From an uncultured candidate division Zixibacteria bacterium (lineage in GTDB: Bacteria; Zixibacteria; MSB-5A5; UBA10806; 4484-95): a stretch of 64,000 bases of DNA. Below the pieces are notes generated by a model. That model was not told the origin of the DNA. It ran no database searches and saw only the letters and a program-made list of their open reading frames with translations. A program made the position numbers and the translations under genes. The stretch covers positions 768,001 through 832,000 of the forward strand of contig CAXXKA010000006.1 in assembly GCA_963668625.2 (NCBI GenBank), written 5' to 3'. Shown piece by piece: positions 1 through 10,013 of the stretch; position 1 is the stretch's first letter; every line of letters starts with the position of its first letter.

Positions 1-408
1 GAAGCCTTTCGTGGTCCTGTCAGAATTATACCCGTAATTATCCTGACTTTCCTTCATCACCATAAACTCGATTCCGAAATAGGGATAGATGGTGCCTTTC
101 ATTTGATCCCTTTTTTTGGTGACATCGATATAATACTTGAAACTCGGCCCTATTCCGTATGCCGAGTAAGTCGAACCGTTGGATTGCCTGGAAAACATCA
201 ACGCGGCGCCCATGGAGAAACCGGGGGTCACGAAATAGTTAAACGAGGGATCGAAAGTAATTACTGAATAATCATTATCAACATAATTAGTATAGCTGAA
301 ACCGCCGCCGGCCATAACGCTGCCTTTGTCGATAGGCGAGTCCTGGGCAAATGCGATTGATGATAATACTGCCAGACAGATAAATACGGTTAACGATACG
401 CGTTTCAA
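1..408 (-). CDS. Outer-membrane beta-barrel protein (OmpA/OMP_b-brl-like), runs off the window start
   Basis: Not in the ORF track. Manual translation from TTG at 408, preceded by AAGGAGG: MKRVSLTVFICLAVLSSIAFAQDSPIDKGSVMAGGGFSYTNY...GIGPSFKYY...IYPYFGIEF. Signal peptide plus alternating aromatic/Gly beta strands; open to position 1. Confidence 0.75.
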   Translation of the reverse strand, partial: MKRVSLTVFICLAVLSSIAFAQDSPIDKGSVMAGGGFSYTNYVDNDYSVITFDPSFNYFVTPGFSMGAALMFSRQSNGSTYSAYGIGPSFKYYIDVTKKRDQMKGTIYPYFGIEFMVMKESQDNYGYNSDRTTKGF

Positions 409-515
409 TTGAACCTCCTTGATAATAATAAGGCATAGAGCCTCAGTTGATAGAGCTTTTTAATAGCGATTGAAATATAGATAAATGTTGGTTGGCTGGC
501 AATGTTTATATCTCA

Positions 516-550
516 TCGACTATTATACCTGACCGGATCATATAATCGAT
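516..550. repeat. 35-bp direct repeat, copy 1 (copy 2 at 5019-5053)
   Basis: tcgactattatacCtgaccggatcatataatcgat versus tcgactattatacTtgaccggatcatataatcgat; 1 mismatch. Confidence 0.9.
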
Positions 551-554
551 CATT

Positions 555-615
555 GTGGGCGGCATACGTCCTCGTATGCCCCTGACCGTGGGAGGCACAT
601 GTCCTCATGTGCCCC
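555..615 (+). repeat. Pair of REP-like palindromes (GTGG-type)
   Basis: GTGGGc-GGCATACG-tcct-CGTATGCC-cc (555-582) and GTGGGa-GGCACATG-tcct-CATGTGCC-cc (588-615); stem differences are compensatory. Confidence 0.75.
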
Positions 616-629
616 ATACCAAATTATGA

Positions 630-692
630 CGGGGTGTGGCGCAGCCTGGTAGCGCACCTGCTTTAGGAGCAAGTGCAAATCCTCTCACCCTC
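630..692 (+). pseudogene. Degenerate tRNA-Pro(TGG)-derived pseudogene
   Basis: cggggtgtggcgcagcctggtagcgcacctgctTTAGgagca matches the 5' two-thirds of tRNA-Pro with TAG in the anticodon position. The variable region and 5' T-stem are missing; caaatcctctcaccc remains. Confidence 0.7.
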
Positions 693-740
693 AGAAACAC
701 CGCTAAAACCACCATGGATGCGATCTGACAGACTTTAGTT

Positions 741-3700
741 TTATTCTGTGATGGAATTCTGGCTATTTATTATGCCCTGAATAACAGTCCCTGCACAATC
801 GCCTCGAACCGGTTTGGGGTTCAAGCCCCTGAAGTAGTTTACAAGATAAGTTACATCTGCACCGATAACCTGACAATCGCCGGAAGCATCTCCTGCCAGA
901 ATCGGATTGGGTGGCGGATTCAAACCTCTGAAATAGCCGACAAGGTATGTAACATCAGCACCGATTATTATTCCATCGGTATTAGCATCCCCAGGCGGGA
1001 ATATAGCTAACTTGCGCACTTCCGGCTCAGGCAAGCCGCCGTAACGAATCAAGCTATCATCACCAGAAGCGAATATTCGCCAATAGAGATTGCCACCGGC
1101 TAAAGCAAGTGTATCTGTAATCATCACCTTGGAAGTATCCGTAATACCCGATCTGGTTAGCACAAAGTTGTCGAATAGGCTGTCAGGCGAGATCTGCAGG
1201 GTATACTCAATGCTTGCCATAGGATCGTAATCTACCGTACCGCCCCAATTGAAATAAGTGTAGTAGTCAACCCAGCGGAGGTCGGGTTCGGGAGTGTTAA
1301 GGGGAAATGGTTCAGGCGGATAGTTATAATGGTTAGTCCAGAACCATTGCATTTCGCTCCACTCGCTTTCTAAGCCCTCATCATCAACCGTTTTAACGAA
1401 ATACATGAAATGTGAATTGTCCGGCAGTTCTACAGGTATTGCGACCTGGTTTATGCCCGGGGCAGTGGTATCGCCATATTCAAACCCGCCAGTGGATGTA
1501 TCCTCTATCAGGTGGAAATAGTAAATCAAATTATCGCTATGATCATCAGGGTCAGGGTCGGTGGCATCATCCCATGTGATAGTTGGTGTGAGCGAGATAA
1601 TTTCCTCATCGGCTGCGGGAGAGAAGCCAGAAGTGGGTGGAAATGGCGGATCGTTAACATTGGCTCCATATATGAAATAGTTGGTGCCATCCGTAAACTC
1701 TGAGCTTAAACCGAATGAGTCATCAGCTTTAACTCGCCAATAATAAGTTTCTTCTACCACAAGGTTTTCGATACCGGTTAAATCGCTCAGCCTTTGAGCA
1801 AGAGCTTCATCCAATAATAATCCAGAATTGGAAATACCGCTTACATCAATCTCTGGTGATGAAAAATCAGAGTTATTGTCGATCTGTAGCGAATAAGTGA
1901 CTAAATCCATAGTATCAGGATCAGTACTGATAAGCCAGATCAAGTAAGTATCATCATCGACATTATCGCCATTATCCGGATCAAGGATAGTTGGCAGTGT
2001 TGGATAGCCGTCTATGTAGAAATTCCAGGTTTCATCGCTCAATCTTGACGGATAAGATTCATGGAAGGCTAAAACTTTCCAATAATATTGAATTGATCTG
2101 GATAACGTGTCAGATAAAATATACGAAGTATCATTTAGGCTTATTGATGAATCCGCTAATTCGAAATTAGGATTACCGGCGATGATAAAGATATATGATA
2201 CTTCCTCACTTTCAAAACTATCTGTAGCTGTTTGCCAGAAAAAATGTTCAGGCGTATTCGTTAGAATGGAACCTGTTTGCGGCGACCTGAGGCCAAAAGC
2301 TAATAAACCGATACAGCCTTGTTCATTCGCGCCTATAAGAGTCCCACATTCATTATTTTCGGGTAAGCATGGCGAGATATCATAAAGGTGGTAATCCCCT
2401 TCATTCAAATTGCAGAATAGCGGATCAAGTGAGAAATTGCCATTTATATTGGCTTGATCGGCGATATACCCCGTCCAATCGCCGAACTCATTGCCATAGA
2501 TATTAGAGCAAGATATTGTTGGTACACTTAAAGTATCAGCGCAAAATATTGCTTCTGCTGAATCATTAAAAGCAATGATAGAATTAGAAATTGTCATTTG
2601 CACATTATCCGCAAAATACATTGCGCCACCACCCGAGGGCGAATTATTATTTACAAATGTGCAATTAGATATTTCAGGATTCGAAACACCAGTTAAGTAA
2701 AGAGCACCACCATTTATATTGCATGTATTTCCGATAAAAGCACATTCTACTATGTTTATATTATCAGAATTTGATGATAATCCACCGCCATGATGGGCAT
2801 TATTGTTTATAAGATAATTATTTGTAAGGATTGGCGTTGCATCCGAACACCAAATTCCACCCCCATGCCCATACCATAAATAATGGTTCGCAATGGTATT
2901 ATTAGTTATAATTGGATTACATTGGTAGCAATAAATTCCGCCCCCACCTTCATTAGCAAGGTTATTGCTGATTATGTTGCCATTTATCATTGGCGTTGAT
3001 GAGTGGCAAGCTATGCCACCACCACCACCTTCTGTTGCTGAGTTATAGCTGATTATATTTTCAGAAATTATAGGATTAGAATTGTTTGCACAATAAATTC
3101 CTCCTCCGTTCCACATGCACCTATTACTGTCAATACAGTTATTATTAATCAACGGACTGCTGTTATCACAATATATTCCTCCTCCAAGGCCTATAAATGA
3201 AGAGCCAAAGTTATTATTTCTAATCAAATTATTAATAATTTGCGGATTTGAATTCACACAACTTATTCCACCACCATATAAATTAATCCCATTGGTTAAA
3301 GTAAATCCTGAGATAATTGCAGTCGTATCTTCGCCGCTATTGAAGGTAACAACCGAGCCTGATTCATCCCCATCGATGGTTGTTAACTCTATGAAAGTAG
3401 TGTCTTCGGCTAAGAGAAATAAAGAACTCAATAATATGCTTTTTCCAATAAAATTAATGTTTTCAATAAAAATACCTGGGTGAACCAGGACTGTATCCCC
3501 ATTAGTTGACCTATCGATTCCATGTTGTATTGTTGCATAGGGGGATTCTTCTGACCCATCACCTGTAGTATCATTTCCCGTATTTGATATATGCCATAGT
3601 GATCTGGACTGATTGAAATAAATTGCCCCCATATCTGATATTGTGCCGTCAGGATCAAATGGGCTGGATGGGTCACCGGCGTCTATGCAAGGAGAATTGA

Positions 3701-4658
3701 CCAAAAGGTTTAAATCAATAGGGGGTATATCACTTACAAACTCAGGATTAGAATAGATACTGTTTGACCCTGGTGTTATGCCAAAAGTATTATCTGGATT
3801 GTTGTTAAAAAAATTGTTGTAGTCTACTATTAGATTAGGTGTCGTACCTTCGTGGTATATTCCATATTCATTGTTGTTAGCAAAGATGTTATTTAGAATT
3901 GTTATATCACTACCATTATAAATATATACCGAACCTCTATATGGGTCGGGGCCAGAATTATCGAGAAGCGTATTATTGTAAAATTCAATATTGTTACAAT
4001 CGAATAGATCAACTCCACACAGATATACGCTTTGGTTTGAGTAAATTAAATTTCTCTCAATTCTAATATTATCGCAATAATCAAGCATGATTCCGGCAAC
4101 TACATTAGCCCAATTATTATGAATGCTGTTAGAGTCAATAACTGTATTCGAGGCGTTAATAAGACGAATTGCCCCACCATTGTTAGGCGATATATCTCTA
4201 TGATCGCAATACCGTATCTCGTTTTTCCTTATAAAAGGGCTAGCATTATCACATCTAATCCCAAGTTCATGATTTTGAATTAAGTTATTATAAATGTATG
4301 GTGATGAGTTTTCGCAATGAATTCCCCAATAAGTCGAATCACCCTCAATTGTAAAACCCTCTAATCTTGACGTTGTATCTTCATTGTCATGAAAATACAC
4401 GGCGGGTATACCTGAATATGCAACTGTTAAAACGCAATTTTCCAAACCGTTATTGCTTTTTACAACTATTGCTTTACCGAGAAAATCAATATGCTCTTGA
4501 TATATACCATCTGATACTAATACAGTATCTCCATTTACAGCGTTGATGATACCGGCCTGTATAGTCGGCTGATCAGCAGGTATATTAATAACAGTAGCAT
4601 AGACAGGCATTATCGAAAACACTAATGTCATTAAACAAAATAATATCACTTTTCTCAT
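741..4658 (-). CDS. Secreted right-handed beta-helix (Pmp-like GGGI repeats) protein with Ig/FN3-like domains and C-terminal dockerin-like domain
   Basis: Signal peptide; two 'TIQ.GI....NGDTVLV..GI' beta-helix starts; many GGGIYC/GGA repeats; C-terminal duplicated GDAN/GDAS..IGADVTYLV.YFRG; RBS AAGGAG. Confidence 0.85.
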   Translation of the reverse strand: MRKVILFCLMTLVFSIMPVYATVINIPADQPTIQAGIINAVNGDTVLVSDGIYQEHIDFLGKAIVVKSNNGLENCVLTVAYSGIPAVYFHDNEDTTSRLEGFTIEGDSTYWGIHCENSSPYIYNNLIQNHELGIRCDNASPFIRKNEIRYCDHRDISPNNGGAIRLINASNTVIDSNSIHNNWANVVAGIMLDYCDNIRIERNLIYSNQSVYLCGVDLFDCNNIEFYNNTLLDNSGPDPYRGSVYIYNGSDITILNNIFANNNEYGIYHEGTTPNLIVDYNNFFNNNPDNTFGITPGSNSIYSNPEFVSDIPPIDLNLLVNSPCIDAGDPSSPFDPDGTISDMGAIYFNQSRSLWHISNTGNDTTGDGSEESPYATIQHGIDRSTNGDTVLVHPGIFIENINFIGKSILLSSLFLLAEDTTFIELTTIDGDESGSVVTFNSGEDTTAIISGFTLTNGINLYGGGISCVNSNPQIINNLIRNNNFGSSFIGLGGGIYCDNSSPLINNNCIDSNRCMWNGGGIYCANNSNPIISENIISYNSATEGGGGGIACHSSTPMINGNIISNNLANEGGGGIYCYQCNPIITNNTIANHYLWYGHGGGIWCSDATPILTNNYLINNNAHHGGGLSSNSDNINIVECAFIGNTCNINGGALYLTGVSNPEISNCTFVNNNSPSGGGAMYFADNVQMTISNSIIAFNDSAEAIFCADTLSVPTISCSNIYGNEFGDWTGYIADQANINGNFSLDPLFCNLNEGDYHLYDISPCLPENNECGTLIGANEQGCIGLLAFGLRSPQTGSILTNTPEHFFWQTATDSFESEEVSYIFIIAGNPNFELADSSISLNDTSYILSDTLSRSIQYYWKVLAFHESYPSRLSDETWNFYIDGYPTLPTILDPDNGDNVDDDTYLIWLISTDPDTMDLVTYSLQIDNNSDFSSPEIDVSGISNSGLLLDEALAQRLSDLTGIENLVVEETYYWRVKADDSFGLSSEFTDGTNYFIYGANVNDPPFPPTSGFSPAADEEIISLTPTITWDDATDPDPDDHSDNLIYYFHLIEDTSTGGFEYGDTTAPGINQVAIPVELPDNSHFMYFVKTVDDEGLESEWSEMQWFWTNHYNYPPEPFPLNTPEPDLRWVDYYTYFNWGGTVDYDPMASIEYTLQISPDSLFDNFVLTRSGITDTSKVMITDTLALAGGNLYWRIFASGDDSLIRYGGLPEPEVRKLAIFPPGDANTDGIIIGADVTYLVGYFRGLNPPPNPILAGDASGDCQVIGADVTYLVNYFRGLNPKPVRGDCAGTVIQGIINSQNSITE

Positions 4659-4743
4659 CTTACTCTCCTTAATCCAAAACGAGTTTTATAGAAGATCATT
4701 CGATGCTATTGCCGGATGCGTACCCCTAAACGTGTACTGATAT

Positions 4744-4772
4744 AAGATAAGCAGGCTTTTCCCGTCTGTCAA
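4744..4772 (-). promoter_or_regulatory. Sigma70-type promoter for the 1305-aa gene
   Basis: Minus strand TTGACA-N17-TATCTT, about 85 nt upstream of the ATG. Confidence 0.6.
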
Positions 4773-5018
4773 TAATAATAGATATGGGTTGTGATCGAAT
4801 TGCCTTATAAAAAATGTAACCGAAAAGGGTAAAAACAGGGTTAAAAAGTATTATTCGTGCCCCAACTGGTATACCTGTAGTAAAACTGTTGGATAAGAAT
4901 ATCCGCCAGCCGCAAGGAAAACACGATTGGCAAATCACCCTTCAGACTTACCCAGCAGTTTGGCAGGATATAAGCCAGTACAATCCAGCGGCCCTAAAGC
5001 TTCCGGTACTTTTTCAGC

Positions 5019-5053
5019 TCGACTATTATACTTGACCGGATCATATAATCGAT
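5019..5053. repeat. 35-bp direct repeat, copy 2 (copy 1 at 516-550)
   Basis: 34/35 identity with 516-550. Confidence 0.9.
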
Positions 5054-5190
5054 TATATTTTAATACAGTTGTCGAAAAGTTTATGGCTTCACGGCTCTTT
5101 TATATCTGCCAATTATATTAAATGATGACCGGTTAAGGGGAGTACTGGATATTAACCATCTAAGTGAAAACGAATAAAATGTCATAAGAA

Positions 5191-8100
5191 ATGAGGTTGG
5201 CTATGCGTAATTTACGGTCGCTTGTACCCGCGTTAAAACTCGTGATGATAACATCCGCGGTTATTCTTCTATTTAGCGCAAACCTGCTCGCTCAATCATC
5301 CACGAAAATAAATGAGCTCGAAAGAATGAGCCGGGAATATAAGTATAAACTGGACAGCCATCGAACGCAGCTCTATGATGATTTAATAACAAGCGAGGCT
5401 CAACCCCAGAAAAATCTTAACGCCAATCCCGATATAGAGTTGATGTATATCGATGATATGGGCCATCCCGTGTTTTACGAGATGCAGAACCTGACAGCCG
5501 CCCAAACAATAAGCACCGATGAGGTCTGGCCCGGCGGCAGTGGCGGATTTAATCTCACCGGCGTTAATACTATCAGCGGTGAACTGGCGCTCTGGGATGG
5601 CGGTGGTGTCCTGACTACTCATCAGGAGCTGTCCGGCAGTGTAACCCAGATGGATAGCCCCGGCGGTACTCATTATCATTCCACTCATGTGGCCGGCACC
5701 ATGATCGCCGACGGCGATGTATCAGCGGCGCAGGGGATGTCGTACCAGGGCAATCTCGAGGCCTGGGATTGGGATTATGATGATTCGGAAATGGCCTCGG
5801 AAGCGGCCGGTGATCTTCGCATTTCCAATCACTCGTATGGATTTGTCGCAGGCTGGTATTATGATTATTCCTCGTATGAATGGGTCTGGTACGGAAATAC
5901 CTCAGTTAGCGAGACAGAGGATTACGGTTTCGGGTTTTACAGCGCCGAGGTGGCTGCCTGGGATTCGATCGCCTATAACGCGCCGTATTATACCATCGTA
6001 AAATCAGCCGGAAACGACCGCAACGATAACGGGCCCTCGGGGGGAGAAGGCCACTGGGCCTGGTACGATAGCTCCTCGAGTTGGGAATGGAACTATGTAA
6101 CGCGTGATCCTGATGGCGGTACTTCCGGCTATGACTGTATCGGCTGGCGGGGAAACGCCAAGAATATTATCAGCGTGGGGGCGGTTGAGGATATACCCGG
6201 CGGCTACAGTTCACCCGGAGATGTCACGGTGACCGATTATAGCGGTTGGGGGCCAACCGATGATGGTCGTATCAAGCCCGATATAGTAGCCAATGGCAGC
6301 AGGCTGTATTCCTGTTTTGATGATGATAATTCCTCATACGGATCGATAGGCGGTACCTCCATGAGCTCGCCGACTGTCTCTGGCTCGTTGAATCTTCTAT
6401 TGCATTACTACGAATCCTCGCATAGCGGTGTTACGCCACGTTCCGCTACGATGAAAGCGTTGATGATTCATTCTGCGGATGAGGCGGGAATATACACCGG
6501 CCCGGATTTTCAGCATGGCTGGGGCTTGATGAACACGCAAAAAGCAGCCGAGGTTATCCAAACAGATTCGATTTACGGTGGATATATAATGGAGGATATT
6601 TTAAATAACGGCGAAACGAAATATTTCAGTATAAATAACACCTCCGGTGAACCTATTCGTATGACTATCGCCTGGACCGATCCTGCCGGAACGCCGCCCT
6701 CGGCGCAGGTTGACCCCTCCGATATCATGCTGGTGCACGATCTCGACATGACACTCGAGCATATACCCGGCACGAACATGTACTATCCCTACGTGCTGGA
6801 TCCGGCTAATCCATCCTATGCGGCTACTACCGGGGATAATTTCAGAGATAATGTCGAGCAGGTATATATAGCCTCGCCATCGCCGGGGCAATATCGGGTA
6901 GCGATATCGCACAAAAACTCACTATCCTCCACGCAACATTTCTCGATTATCAGTTCTCATCAGGTTGGAATATACACACCTAATTCACCTCCGGTGGCGG
7001 TATGCGCTTCCGGGATTAATGTGCCTGTTGACAGCAACTGCCAGGCTTTCGTCTCTGCCGATGACGGCTCATATGATCCTGACGGTGATCCGATCACATT
7101 GGAGCAACATCCGCCATCGCCATATACGGTTGGCGTTACAGGCATATACCTGGTGGTTACCGACTCCACCGGTTTGAAAGATAGCTGTTATACCGAGATA
7201 ACGGTATATGATGATATAGATCCGGTGGCGATATGCCCCTCCGATATTACGGTGGATAACGAATTGGATGAATGCGGCGCTTTTGTTACATTCGCTATCG
7301 ATGCTTCCGATAATTGCTCGGTCGCCTCGGTTATCGCGACACCGTCCTCCGGCTCGTTTTTCGATGTTGGCACTACCCAGGTAACTGTCACGGCTACTGA
7401 TGGTTCGGCCAATACCGGCGTTTGCTTTTTCGATGTAATAGTGAATGATACTCAACCGCCTTTCGTGCCCTGTCCGGCGACGATAGTCGTGGCGAACGAT
7501 CCCGGTGAATGCGGCGCGGTGGTCGAGTTCGGTTATGAGGCCTCGGATAACTGTGGAGTGTTGGAAACCTCGGCGGTTCCGCCCTCGGGTTCGTTTTTTG
7601 ATGCAGGTACCACCGAGGTAACCCTTATCGCAATCGATATTCATGACAATGCCGATACCTGCGGTTTCGAGATTACGGTTAATGATACCGAGTTGCCGTT
7701 CGTTCCCTGCCCCTCTAATATCGTTGTAGATAACGATCCCGGTGAATGCGGAGCGATTGTCGAATTTGGTTTTGCCGCCGACGATAATTGCGAAATAGAA
7801 GAGGCACTGGCCGATCCGCCCTCCGGCTCGTTTTTCCCGGTGGGGAACACCACCGTTATTCTCCGAGCAACCGATACCAGCGATAATACCGACTCATGTC
7901 ATTTCATCGTTACGGTAAATGATACTATTGCGCCATCCGCAGAATGCCCGACCGATATGGAGCTGACATACGATCCCGGGGTAGAAGGCGCAATCGGTGT
8001 TTTCAGTTCGGTTTACGATGATAACTGCTCCGATGGCTCGATAGTCTGCGATCCGCCTTCCGGCTCGGTATTTCCTCTCGGTATCACCACGGTGTATTGC

Positions 8101-8526
8101 GTAGCCACCGACTCCACCGGCAATGTGGACTCATGCTCATTCGTAGTGGAGGTTGTCATTCCCGATGGCTACAAGTACCTTCCCGGGGATGCCAATATGT
8201 CAGCGGGAGCCTGGCCGCCGGTAGTGATCGGCAGCGATGTTACCTACATGGTGAATTATTTCAGGGCGATTAATCCGCCTTGTTTGCTGGATGGTTTCTA
8301 TTGTGCCGCGGATGCCAATGGTGATTGCTCGGTAATTGGCGCGGATGTCACTTTTCTGGTGAGCTATTTTAGAGGATTTAACACACTGATTTACTGTCCT
8401 GACTATGAGACTATCTGGCATTCCTCGGAGGAGTTACCTCTTGATGCCCCCGGAAACTGGCCGGGTTGCGACATACCAGTGATATCAATTGATGATTCGA
8501 ATACCAATGGTGACGATTTGAGGTAA
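5191..8526 (+). CDS. Secreted S8 (subtilisin-family) serine peptidase with tandem HYR domains and dockerin-like C-terminus
   Basis: Catalytic motifs ALWDGG (Asp), HSTHVAGT (His), KSAGND (oxyanion), GGTSMSSP (Ser); 4-5 HYR repeats (CPSDITV...ASDNC...PPSGSFF.VG.T.V...ATD); PGDANM...IGSDVTYMVNYFR tail. Confidence 0.92.
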   Translation: MRLAMRNLRSLVPALKLVMITSAVILLFSANLLAQSSTKINELERMSREYKYKLDSHRTQLYDDLITSEAQPQKNLNANPDIELMYIDDMGHPVFYEMQNLTAAQTISTDEVWPGGSGGFNLTGVNTISGELALWDGGGVLTTHQELSGSVTQMDSPGGTHYHSTHVAGTMIADGDVSAAQGMSYQGNLEAWDWDYDDSEMASEAAGDLRISNHSYGFVAGWYYDYSSYEWVWYGNTSVSETEDYGFGFYSAEVAAWDSIAYNAPYYTIVKSAGNDRNDNGPSGGEGHWAWYDSSSSWEWNYVTRDPDGGTSGYDCIGWRGNAKNIISVGAVEDIPGGYSSPGDVTVTDYSGWGPTDDGRIKPDIVANGSRLYSCFDDDNSSYGSIGGTSMSSPTVSGSLNLLLHYYESSHSGVTPRSATMKALMIHSADEAGIYTGPDFQHGWGLMNTQKAAEVIQTDSIYGGYIMEDILNNGETKYFSINNTSGEPIRMTIAWTDPAGTPPSAQVDPSDIMLVHDLDMTLEHIPGTNMYYPYVLDPANPSYAATTGDNFRDNVEQVYIASPSPGQYRVAISHKNSLSSTQHFSIISSHQVGIYTPNSPPVAVCASGINVPVDSNCQAFVSADDGSYDPDGDPITLEQHPPSPYTVGVTGIYLVVTDSTGLKDSCYTEITVYDDIDPVAICPSDITVDNELDECGAFVTFAIDASDNCSVASVIATPSSGSFFDVGTTQVTVTATDGSANTGVCFFDVIVNDTQPPFVPCPATIVVANDPGECGAVVEFGYEASDNCGVLETSAVPPSGSFFDAGTTEVTLIAIDIHDNADTCGFEITVNDTELPFVPCPSNIVVDNDPGECGAIVEFGFAADDNCEIEEALADPPSGSFFPVGNTTVILRATDTSDNTDSCHFIVTVNDTIAPSAECPTDMELTYDPGVEGAIGVFSSVYDDNCSDGSIVCDPPSGSVFPLGITTVYCVATDSTGNVDSCSFVVEVVIPDGYKYLPGDANMSAGAWPPVVIGSDVTYMVNYFRAINPPCLLDGFYCAADANGDCSVIGADVTFLVSYFRGFNTLIYCPDYETIWHSSEELPLDAPGNWPGCDIPVISIDDSNTNGDDLR

Positions 8527-8791
8527 AAGCTACAAGTTAGAAAGGTGGGATGTGATAGAGTCCCAACACCTTATCAACGATTTCATAGTGAGGTATCAGG
8601 GATGACACTATCTCAAAGGTATCCTTTAAGGGGACAATATGTATGTTCATGCGGCGCCCCCGGAACATACCCAGATCACAAGGGTTTTACTGCTGGCTCC
8701 AGAGTATGCTTTTATTTATTTCTGATGAATAAAATCGCGGACGAATCTCTTGAAAAAGAGCAGATAGAAATTCCTGATAATAATACGATAT

Positions 8792-9184
8792 TTATTTCGT
8801 GAAATTATTGGTGTGAAAAGTTCTATTCACTATAAGCCAGGTATCATCAACTTTTAAGAGATTGTAATAGTCGGTTAACATGAAATCCGTGAATATCCAT
8901 TCGACTTTTGCCTGCGCCGCAGTGCCGGTGATATCTATATAAACGATATTTTTCCTGCTTTTTTCTTTCAGGAACGGATTCCCCGGATCTTTCTTGGCCT
9001 CCTCTATAGTCTTAGGCCAATACGAGACCGGATTATGAAGAATTCTTTTATCTCTGAGGCTTATCGACCAGGCTTTATAATGAAAAGCCCTGAGTATCGA
9101 TTGAGCCTCAAGATTATCCAAACCCTCAAAGAAATGTTGCAGGGTTTTTCTAATCGCCTGGTTTTCCTGTTCCAAATAATTCAT
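8792..9184 (-). CDS. NTF2/SnoaL-like (putative lumazine-binding) protein
   Basis: AIRKTLQHFFEGL..AFH at the N-terminus and IDITGTAAQAKVE..TDYYNLLKVDDTWLIV at the C-terminus, typical of the Lumazine_bd_2 family. Confidence 0.75.
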   Translation of the reverse strand: MNYLEQENQAIRKTLQHFFEGLDNLEAQSILRAFHYKAWSISLRDKRILHNPVSYWPKTIEEAKKDPGNPFLKEKSRKNIVYIDITGTAAQAKVEWIFTDFMLTDYYNLLKVDDTWLIVNRTFHTNNFTK

Positions 9185-9343
9185 CTTAACATTCCTGCGA
9201 ATTTGTTCCTATCAATATTTACGAAATTCAAGTTTATAAGTTGCTTATGTTTAGATTTAGGATTAGGCATTTAGGTTAATAATATCATGGCTATTGCGTT
9301 GTTTCACTATTAAATGGGATTTGAAATAAGATAATCACACCCA

Positions 9344-9370
9344 TTAAATCATAATGATTGCATCCGATAT
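9344..9370 (+). promoter_or_regulatory. Possible sigma28 (FliA-type) promoter
   Basis: TTAA-N15-TCCGATAT, 30 nt upstream of the ORF at 9401; consensus TAAA-N15-GCCGATAA. Confidence 0.4.
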
Positions 9371-9400
9371 ATGTTATGAACCGCTTATACAGGAGGGAAG

Positions 9401-9679
9401 ATGATTTTATTAAGTATAACCATGTTTATTCTCGGTATTCTGGCTTTCGCCGATGCGATATTCAATTATGGCAATATGTTCAGGATGTCGTTTTCCGGAC
9501 TTCTTATTTTAATGTCCGTCTGGGTATATATGAAAACCAGGGGACTAAACGACCTGGAAAGGCCTGATATCGTTACGGCTCATGGCTCGAATAATCAAAA
9601 AGTAGCTAGAAACAATGAGGTGGAACTAACCCGGAAGCTGGAGAATACTGAGAAAAAACCTGAGAAAGTACCTCAATAA
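9401..9679 (+). CDS. Small membrane protein (2 TM helices plus charged tail)
   Basis: RBS AGGAGG; two hydrophobic segments followed by a Lys/Glu-rich tail. Confidence 0.65.
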   Translation: MILLSITMFILGILAFADAIFNYGNMFRMSFSGLLILMSVWVYMKTRGLNDLERPDIVTAHGSNNQKVARNNEVELTRKLENTEKKPEKVPQ

Positions 9680-9778
9680 AGGGCCCGGTATTACTGGCGT
9701 TCGGTATCTTAAGATAGCTGATATTTTCCATAGCAGCAAACCGCGAATAGTATTCTTCGATATAAATACCCAGTTATA

Positions 9779-9821
9779 GTGTCAGGATACAGCTCTGCTT
9801 AAATCCTGACACATCCTTTTT
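9779..9821 (+). terminator. Intrinsic terminator-like hairpin
   Basis: gtgtcaggat...atcctgacac followed by a T-rich run. Confidence 0.5.
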
Positions 9822-9962
9822 ATGTAAGCAAAATAGCATCTATAATATAGCAATCCCAAACCGGCGTTTTCGGATGAAGGTGCGATGTCCCGATAATTAT
9901 TTCAGCCAATAACGCTAAAAATCGGTCTCAAACGCCTTTGTCTATAAAAGCTATGGTGCAGT

Positions 9963-9988
9963 GCAACAAAAAACCGTGCGCTGCGTAA
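9963..9988 (+). promoter_or_regulatory. ECF-sigma-type promoter
   Basis: GCAAC-N16-CGTAA (AAC / CGT boxes) just upstream of RBS AAGGAG and the ORF at 10014. Confidence 0.5.
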
Positions 9989-10013
9989 TTATAACAAAAA
10001 GGAAGGAGTCTAC

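Noticed and set aside
630-692. Functional tRNA-Leu(TAG) or recoding tRNA
   Set aside because: Lacks the variable arm and half of the T-stem; the body is Pro-type.
4930-5015. Possible c-di-GMP-I riboswitch on the minus strand (GGAAGCTTTAGGGCC)
   Set aside because: Only a short resemblance; the GGCAAA/GNRA P2 element and a closing P1 were not found.
8540-8720. Possible structured ncRNA (hairpins aaggtg..cacctt and gtatgttc..gaacatac)
   Set aside because: No match I can recognise to a known family; the hairpins could be terminators of the convergent genes. An Rfam/Infernal search would be needed.
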